Origin: Patescibacteria group bacterium
GTDB taxonomy: Bacteria > Patescibacteriota > Microgenomatia > UBA1400 > PJMF01
DNA: 64,000 bases
Assembly (NCBI GenBank): GCA_016861085.1
Contig: BOKR01000001.1
Span: forward strand, 761,696-825,695
Direction: 5' to 3'
The translations under genes were made by a program, and so were the position numbers. This document shows, in pieces, positions 58,741 through 64,000 of this stretch. Numbering within the stretch: position 1 is the first letter of the stretch; each line of letters opens with the position of its first letter. A model generated the notes under the pieces. It was not told the origin of the DNA. It saw nothing but the letters and a program-made list of their open reading frames with translations, and did no database searches.

Positions 58741-58857
58741 ACCCGGGTCTGGAACCCGTGCGGCCTTATAACCGCTCACTCCACTATGGGTAATTATACT
58801 CAAAATGAGACAAATGGGACACTATAAAAAAGGAGCGTCTTGTTTTTATGAAACAAA
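58741..58857 (+). repeat. repeat family copy 1 (part A hairpin GCGGAGCACCCGGGTCTGGAACCCGTGCGG, part B GACAAATGGGACACTATAAAAAAGGAGCGTCTTGTTTTT)
   Basis: Shares 30-40-nt blocks with the copies at 60154-60210 and 61050-61193. Confidence 0.55.
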
Positions 58858-58862
58858 ACTAT

Positions 58863-58899
58863 TGACAACAAATTAGCAGTCTGATAATATGATTGCTAA
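58863..58899 (+). promoter_or_regulatory. sigma70-like promoter overlapped by a CIRCE-like inverted repeat upstream of the Hsp20 gene
   Basis: TTGACA (58863-68), 16 nt, TAATAT (58885-90). TTAGCAGTC-N9-GATTGCTAA (58873-58899) versus CIRCE consensus TTAGCACTC-N9-GAGTGCTAA. Confidence 0.45.
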
Positions 58900-59028
58900 T
58901 AAGGTGCAAAGGATGTACACATACGCTTTGAGCAGCGAAGTGGTCCTAAATAAGACATCTTGTATTGTGATACATCAGTTTCACCTTTTGATAGTTAGTA
59001 AGTATTAATTAAAAGAAAGGAAAAGACT

Positions 59029-59469
59029 ATGTCACTCGATTTAGTTCCAAGAAGATTACTTTCATTCCCATCTATGGTACCTTCAATTTGGGATAATGAT
59101 GATGATTGGTTTACTGCTCCATCTACCCAAACAGGTTTGTCAATTTCTGAGGATGAGCAGAAAGTGTATGTAGAAGCTGCTCTCCCAGGAATTAATCCAG
59201 ACAACATTGAAGTTACCTATCAAGACGGTTATGTTTGGATAAAAGGAGAACAGCAAGAAGAAGAAAGTGATAAGAAAAAGAAGTATTATCGAAAAGCCTC
59301 AAATGCTTTCTCATACAGAGTTGCTGTTCCTGGTGAAGTTGATTTAAATAAAGAACCAGAAGCAACTTATGAGCATGGAGTGATGAAAGTATCCTTCATG
59401 AAATCTGAGGCAAGCAAGCCAAAGAGAATTGCTATTAAGCAGAAAAAGCAGCTTGGTAGTGGGAAATAA
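59029..59469 (+). CDS. Hsp20/alpha-crystallin family small heat-shock protein
   Basis: Alpha-crystallin domain ...VYVEAALPGINPDNIEVTYQDGYVWIKGE...YEHGVMKVSF. Confidence 0.85.
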   Translation: MSLDLVPRRLLSFPSMVPSIWDNDDDWFTAPSTQTGLSISEDEQKVYVEAALPGINPDNIEVTYQDGYVWIKGEQQEEESDKKKKYYRKASNAFSYRVAVPGEVDLNKEPEATYEHGVMKVSFMKSEASKPKRIAIKQKKQLGSGK

Positions 59470-59577
59470 TCTTGTAGCTTCTGTTTGTTGGGCAGAAACA
59501 TTTTGTTTCTGCCCAAATAAGAGAGGTTAACCATTAATTTCTCTAATTAATTAAGGTTTTCTGAATGTTTTCGCGAT

Positions 59578-60114
59578 ATGAATAAAAAAGTTGGTTTATA
59601 TAATTATCCAATCAGAAGTAGCACCATTGTTACTGCAATGGGAATAGGTTCTGTAGTGCTTTTTGGTATTTTGTTGAGTCTTGTTAGTTATATACCTTTA
59701 ATGTTGCTAAAAGAAATCCTTGCTCCTGAAATTTCTATTACTTTTACCTCCATACTTATACAGATAGCTATTCTTGTTCTAGTGAGTTTTGGAATCATTT
59801 CACTCCTAATGAAGTGGGTTGGAACTTCTTATGTGATTAAAGACAATGAAATTATTGTTCAAAATGGACTATTTAATATCAAACAAAAAATTTATCCACT
59901 TGAGGGTCATGAAGAAGTTAAGATTTATAAATCATTCTTTGGAAAAATTTTTGATTATGGAACGCTATCAATTTATCAGCCCATGCTTCAAAAGTATGTC
60001 ACACTAGAGAATATCCAAGATCCTGATTTATTTGCAGAAGTAGTTAGACAAACTAAGTCAAAAGAATCACTTAGTTCAGAAAAGGTTATTTTTTCAAGAA
60101 AAAAGAGAAAATAA
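59578..60114 (+). CDS. membrane protein with bacterial PH (bPH_2/YdbS-like) domain
   Basis: Two TM helices, then YVIKDNEIIVQNGLFNIKQKIYPLE...LSIYQP. Confidence 0.6.
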   Translation: MNKKVGLYNYPIRSSTIVTAMGIGSVVLFGILLSLVSYIPLMLLKEILAPEISITFTSILIQIAILVLVSFGIISLLMKWVGTSYVIKDNEIIVQNGLFNIKQKIYPLEGHEEVKIYKSFFGKIFDYGTLSIYQPMLQKYVTLENIQDPDLFAEVVRQTKSKESLSSEKVIFSRKKRK

Positions 60115-60153
60115 ATTTGTTTTACAAATATCAACTTATACTTGGATATCCCT

Positions 60154-60210
60154 GTAGTTCGAATCCTGGGATGCGGAGCATGTGGGTCTGGAACCAGTGT
60201 GTCCCCTAGC
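60154..60210 (+). repeat. repeat family copy 2 (GTAGTTCGAATCCTGGGATGCGGAGCATGTGGGTCTGGAACCAGTGTG)
   Basis: Same hairpin with conserved loop TCTGGAA and a partly compensatory stem. Abuts the cupin gene stop. Confidence 0.5.
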
Positions 60211-60213
60211 ACA

Positions 60214-60543
60214 CTATCTAGCCATAGTGAGCAACATCTTGAACTGTTTTGCTGCCTGCAAAGCATGCGGTGTATTGGCAGGTAAAATAAGTACCTGACC
60301 TTCGTTAACTTCGTATTTTTTTTCATCAACTGAAATAATTGCTTCACCATCTAGAATTTGCGCAAAAGCAGTAAAAGGAGTTGTATGCTCACTTAAACCT
60401 TGTCCTTTAGCAAAAGCAAATGCAGTGATAGTAGTTTTTGTGGTTTTAATAAGTTCCCTGCTCACGATAGAGCCACTTTGGTACTCGACGACATTTTTTA
60501 GAACATGCGGCGATATGGTTAGATTATATGTTACTTCTGTCAT
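60214..60543 (-). CDS. cupin-domain protein
   Basis: ...GEAIISVDEKKYEVNEGQVLILPANTPHAL. Confidence 0.6.
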   Translation of the reverse strand: MTEVTYNLTISPHVLKNVVEYQSGSIVSRELIKTTKTTITAFAFAKGQGLSEHTTPFTAFAQILDGEAIISVDEKKYEVNEGQVLILPANTPHALQAAKQFKMLLTMAR

Positions 60544-60565
60544 AATAATATCCTATCATGAAAAC

Positions 60566-61012
60566 CTATTTCAATTGGGTGAGTATACTATCTGCCCATT
60601 GTCTACTTTTTTGATATGTAGCCTGGTTTGGGTAGCCATCAATTTGAAGAACTGGTTCAAGAATATTTCCTTGCATTGGCTCAATTTTTTCACTACTTAT
60701 TTTTCCGCTTGTTGCAAAATGGGGATAACTAGAATCACCAAGTGAGAAAAAAGCAAAATGTGTATTGTTGCAATTATGATTTTGTTGATCAGCTGTTGAA
60801 AAAAATAATTCAGTAATTGGGTTTAAGTCTCCATCCCCATACGTAGAGCTACCAAAAAAAACCAACTCATGCTCTTTTAGTTGATCGGGATTGGTATTAA
60901 TAACATCAAATAACTCTGCTTTGTGACCATTATTATTTAGATAATCAACGAGATCATTAGCTACAAGCGCCGTATTTCCCGATAGAGTAGAAAATGTTAC
61001 TGCAATTTTCAT
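60566..61012 (-). CDS. flavodoxin-like fold protein
   Basis: MKIAVTFSTLSGNT...FFGSSTYGDGD. Confidence 0.6.
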   Translation of the reverse strand: MKIAVTFSTLSGNTALVANDLVDYLNNNGHKAELFDVINTNPDQLKEHELVFFGSSTYGDGDLNPITELFFSTADQQNHNCNNTHFAFFSLGDSSYPHFATSGKISSEKIEPMQGNILEPVLQIDGYPNQATYQKSRQWADSILTQLK

Positions 61013-61049
61013 ATGACTTTTATTTTAGTTTCACAAGTCCTCGTCACTG

Positions 61050-61204
61050 TAGTTCGAATCTTAGGATGCGGAGCACGCGGGTCTGGAACCCGTGCGTCGT
61101 TATAACTGTCCCATTCCAGGATCGAGCTTCCAGGGTAATTCTACCAAAAACGGGACAAATGGGACACTATAAAAAGAGAGTGTCTTGTTTTTGAAGCTCG
61201 ATCA
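61050..61204 (+). repeat. repeat family copy 3 (part A and part B, with flanking 11-nt inverted repeat GATCGAGCTTC/GAAGCTCGATC)
   Basis: Part A GTAGTTCGAATCTTAGGATGCGGAGCACGCGGGTCTGGAACCCGTGCG. Part B GACAAATGGGACACTATAAAAAGAGAGTGTCTTGTTTTT. Confidence 0.55.
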
Positions 61205-61445
61205 TTTTGCTATTTTCACCACAAGCATTCGTTATATTATTTTGCCTATTCATCCAACCTTTGGTTGGAATCAATTAAAGAAATGTTTTACAATTTGTAC
61301 AGATAACTATTAGAGAGTTTGGAGCTAGCTTCAAAAAGAACTGTTAGGCTTAACACAAGATTTTAGTTATAATGGTTTAGCATATCTTGCAACTCAAGTA
61401 TTTATTTCGTCATTCTGAGTAAAGAATGGTAATTGAATTTGCCCT

Positions 61446-62408
61446 ATGGTTAACAACCTACTACTACAAACAATAATTTATATCGTATGCTTTTTTTTGG
61501 TATGGATTGGAGCTGGCCTAGTTGTTTCTCCGATATCCGATCTCTCCAAATCTTGGAGGCTTCCACGATTTATTATCTCTTTTTTCTTACTAGGTATTCT
61601 TACTTCGCTCCCTGAAATCACGATTAGTACCATAGCCATCCTGAACAACGACCCGGTCATAGTCGCTGGTAACTTATTAGGGGGAGTTATTGTTATGTTC
61701 TTGGGAGTAATTCCTCTTTTGGGTTTAGTGGGCAATGGAGTAAAAATGCCCACTCAGCTCAACAAGAAACAACTCATCATTACTCTTTTAGTTGTGGTTG
61801 CTCCGGCTTTCCTAACTGCTGACCAAAAAATTGGCCAATACGAAGCGATTTTCTTGATTTTGCTTTATCTTAGTTTATTCGTCATGTTTTCTTTCAAGCA
61901 ATCATTTTTTGAAAAGATCAAAACTGGAATAATCAGCAGGAAAAAGAATAGCATGGGACATCTCTTTAAGATTGTGCTTGGGGTTTTAATTTTAATTGGA
62001 GCTAGTAATCAAATTGTTAATTCGACTCTGTTTTTTGCAGATATGTTTAAAATATCTCCATTTTTTGTTAGTTTGATTGTAGTTGCTTTGGGGACCAACA
62101 TACCTGAAATCTCAATTGTTTTCCGCTCAGTTTTGAGTGGTAAAAAAGACATTGCACTAGCTGATTATCTTGGCTCTGCTAGTGCGAATACATTACTTCT
62201 TGGTATTTTCACCCTGATGCATGGAGAAACCATCCAGCTGCCCAACCACTTTTTTCAACGATTTTCTTTCTTAGCAGTAGGACTTATCTTATTTTTCTTC
62301 TTTGCTCGATCTAGAAACACGCTGTCTCGAAAAGAAAGTGCCATTTTACTCTCGCTATACCTGGGATTTATCATGTTTGAGATGCTGCTTATAGCACGTT
62401 TGAACTAA
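61446..62408 (+). CDS. CaCA-family cation/calcium exchanger (YrbG-like)
   Basis: Two alpha-repeat regions (LPEITISTIAIL...GNLLGG; GTNIPEISIVF...LGSASANTLLLG). Ten TM helices. Confidence 0.65.
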   Translation: MVNNLLLQTIIYIVCFFLVWIGAGLVVSPISDLSKSWRLPRFIISFFLLGILTSLPEITISTIAILNNDPVIVAGNLLGGVIVMFLGVIPLLGLVGNGVKMPTQLNKKQLIITLLVVVAPAFLTADQKIGQYEAIFLILLYLSLFVMFSFKQSFFEKIKTGIISRKKNSMGHLFKIVLGVLILIGASNQIVNSTLFFADMFKISPFFVSLIVVALGTNIPEISIVFRSVLSGKKDIALADYLGSASANTLLLGIFTLMHGETIQLPNHFFQRFSFLAVGLILFFFFARSRNTLSRKESAILLSLYLGFIMFEMLLIARLN

Positions 62409-62516
62409 CTTACGCGGCTGTTGAAGCGAAAAATGTTCAAATCAAGGGAATTTAGCAAGCCACATCAACCCATTTAACGCTATTAGACGGGTCTATCAGG
62501 GAAAAATCAATATATG

Positions 62517-62601
62517 CGGAGGCAGTGGGATTTGAACCCACGAACCAGAAACCTGGTACGGGTTAGCAACCCGTTGCAATCGGCCACTATGCGATGCCTC
62601 C
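62517..62601 (-). tRNA. tRNA-Ser(GCU)
   Basis: GGAGGCA...ACGGG-UUGCUAA-CCCGU, long variable arm ACCAGGUUUCUGGUUC, T-arm GUGGG-UUCAAAU-CCCAC, acceptor UGCCUCC-G. Confidence 0.8.
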
Positions 62602-62688
62602 ACTCTCAGATTAGAAATGAATTATAACATTAAACAAACCTCAAAAAAATCTTGATATCTTGTATTCATAACAATCTGTGTGTCATAA

Positions 62689-63066
62689 TTGACTGATATG
62701 CCCAAAAAAAATGTTCTTTTAGTTGAAGACGAAATAGTATTAGTTAAGGCTTTAACATCAGCATTCTTAAATACAGATTGCAACTTAACTGTTGCCTATA
62801 ACGGTGAAGAAGCATCAGAATTGATTAACAAATCTATCCCAGACCTTATTCTTCTTGATTTACTTCTCCCCAAGAAAAATGGTATTGAATTACTTAAGGA
62901 GATCAGAGCGTCAGAAAAAACCAAACACATTCCTGTCGTGGTGCTTTCAAATTTCAATGAAGCATCCCAAGTTGAAACACTTGATCAACTGGGAATAAAA
63001 GAATTTATCACAAAGGCGGATGCTGACCTATCGCAAATAGTTAAATCAGTCGAGAAATATTTATAA
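62689..63066 (+). CDS. single-domain CheY-like response regulator receiver
   Basis: VLLVEDE...DLILLDLLLPKKNG...VVVLSN. Confidence 0.85.
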   Translation: MTDMPKKNVLLVEDEIVLVKALTSAFLNTDCNLTVAYNGEEASELINKSIPDLILLDLLLPKKNGIELLKEIRASEKTKHIPVVVLSNFNEASQVETLDQLGIKEFITKADADLSQIVKSVEKYL

Positions 63067-63068
63067 AA

Positions 63069-64000
63069 ATGTTCAAGAATAAACTTTCGATTCGATATAT
63101 TTTTACAATTCCCTTTATCATATTTATTTTATTTACTTCAAGCTTGACAGCTTTTATTGCGTACCAAAGCAACAGCCAATCAATCCAGTCTCTTTCAGCC
63201 GAGCTTTTTTCACATTCAAGTAATCAAATAAAAGACAAAATAACGGCCGTTTTAAGTGCCCCTCAAAATATAAATAAGATTAATAAAGACGCTATAGAAA
63301 GTGGTGCTATCTCAATCACAGAAAAAGAGAAAATGGGAAACTTGTTCTTTTCACAATTACTCACCTATGACTCTGTAGGTTCCATAGAATATGAGGATAT
63401 AGATAGCAACAATGTTGGTGTTATCAGAAACATTTTTAACTTTGACTATGGCATTGGAATGTCTGGCCCAGAAACACAATACACCTTTACTCTCTATGAA
63501 AAAAAACTTGATGGATCTGTTGGGGAAATAATTTTTGAACTACCAAATTATAATGAATTCGAGAAAAGCTGGTTTGATCTTGCAATTAAAGCTGATAAAC
63601 CAATTTGGACCCCAGTATATCTGTGGCCGAATGGTGATGTCGGCTTAGACGCAGTAACAACAGTTAAGAATAAAGAAAAAACTATCGGAGTGCTTGACGC
63701 ATCACTCACACTCAAGGAGCTTTCTGATTTTTTGATCAATGCTAAAACATTTGATTCAAGTACCATTTTTATTATAGAAAAATCTGGGCTTCTTATTGCA
63801 ACATCTGATACAAATGAGAATTACAAGAAAAATGGAGAAATGTTGGAACGGCTCCATGCTTCTGAATCAAAAAATGAGACAGTTAGAGCAATATTTGAAT
63901 TTTTTACTACCCAATATGGCGATATCAATAACATTACTGCTGACATTTCAACTACATTTACAAAGAATACTACTGATTATTTTGTCAATGCGTATCCAGT
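63069..64000 (+). CDS. Cache-domain sensor protein (probable sensor kinase), 5' partial, runs off window end
   Basis: ATG at 63069 sits 2 nt after the receiver-gene stop. N-terminal TM, then a double-Cache-like extracellular region. Confidence 0.55.
   Translation, partial: MFKNKLSIRYIFTIPFIIFILFTSSLTAFIAYQSNSQSIQSLSAELFSHSSNQIKDKITAVLSAPQNINKINKDAIESGAISITEKEKMGNLFFSQLLTYDSVGSIEYEDIDSNNVGVIRNIFNFDYGIGMSGPETQYTFTLYEKKLDGSVGEIIFELPNYNEFEKSWFDLAIKADKPIWTPVYLWPNGDVGLDAVTTVKNKEKTIGVLDASLTLKELSDFLINAKTFDSSTIFIIEKSGLLIATSDTNENYKKNGEMLERLHASESKNETVRAIFEFFTTQYGDINNITADISTTFTKNTTDYFVNAYP

Noticed and set aside
58741-61130. The three repeats as intact tRNA genes (they contain GGTTCCAGACC and GTTCGAATC T-loop-like strings)
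   Set aside because: No complete cloverleaf could be built on either strand: there is no partner for the acceptor strand, and the anticodon-arm region is not conserved between copies. At most they are tRNA-fragment-like.
1-64000. Alternative genetic code (UGA recoded, as in some CPR lineages)
   Set aside because: TGA cleanly terminates many full-length conserved genes (for example the flavodoxin and the membrane sensor ORF). Long genes such as mutS and dnaG have no in-frame TGA. Table 11 fits.
1-64000. CRISPR arrays, rRNA genes, transposases or integrases
   Set aside because: None seen. There are no regularly spaced direct repeats and no recognisable recombinase or transposase ORFs in this window.

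Overview
The window is about 64 kb of AT-rich DNA, roughly 30-35% GC judged by counting a few 60-nt lines. It is densely packed with small bacterial genes under the standard genetic code, since TGA repeatedly bounds intact conserved genes. The gene content and style (many small hypotheticals, TTG/GTG starts, weak Shine-Dalgarno sites, an intron-containing tRNA) suggest a reduced-genome bacterium, possibly CPR/Patescibacteria-like; that placement is inference only. Recognisable genes include rpoD, dnaG, mutS/mutL, gdhA, glyA-like, trxA/trxB with a CsoR/CstR-family repressor, a DEAD-box helicase, an ABC-F ATPase, two two-component systems, an LCP protein, a DsbD/CcdA-thioredoxin fusion, two MFS transporters, three NUDIX hydrolases, Hsp20 and a 2-oxoacid:ferredoxin oxidoreductase-flavodoxin operon. 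Three tRNAs are present: two tRNA-Ser and a tRNA-Asn(GUU) split by a 243-nt group I intron in the anticodon loop. The most unusual signals are listed in the findings. They are: a textbook type III hammerhead ribozyme in the 5' leader of glyA; two lipoprotein genes of about 60-70% GC that look horizontally acquired; a three-copy repeat family bracketing two small gene cassettes; a perfect palindromic operator upstream of a 2-Cys CsoR-like repressor that heads the trxA-trxB operon; a glycosyltransferase gene broken in an A9 tract; a fragmented sensor-kinase locus; and a miniature 2TM potassium channel. All calls come from reading the sequence; no database searches were run.
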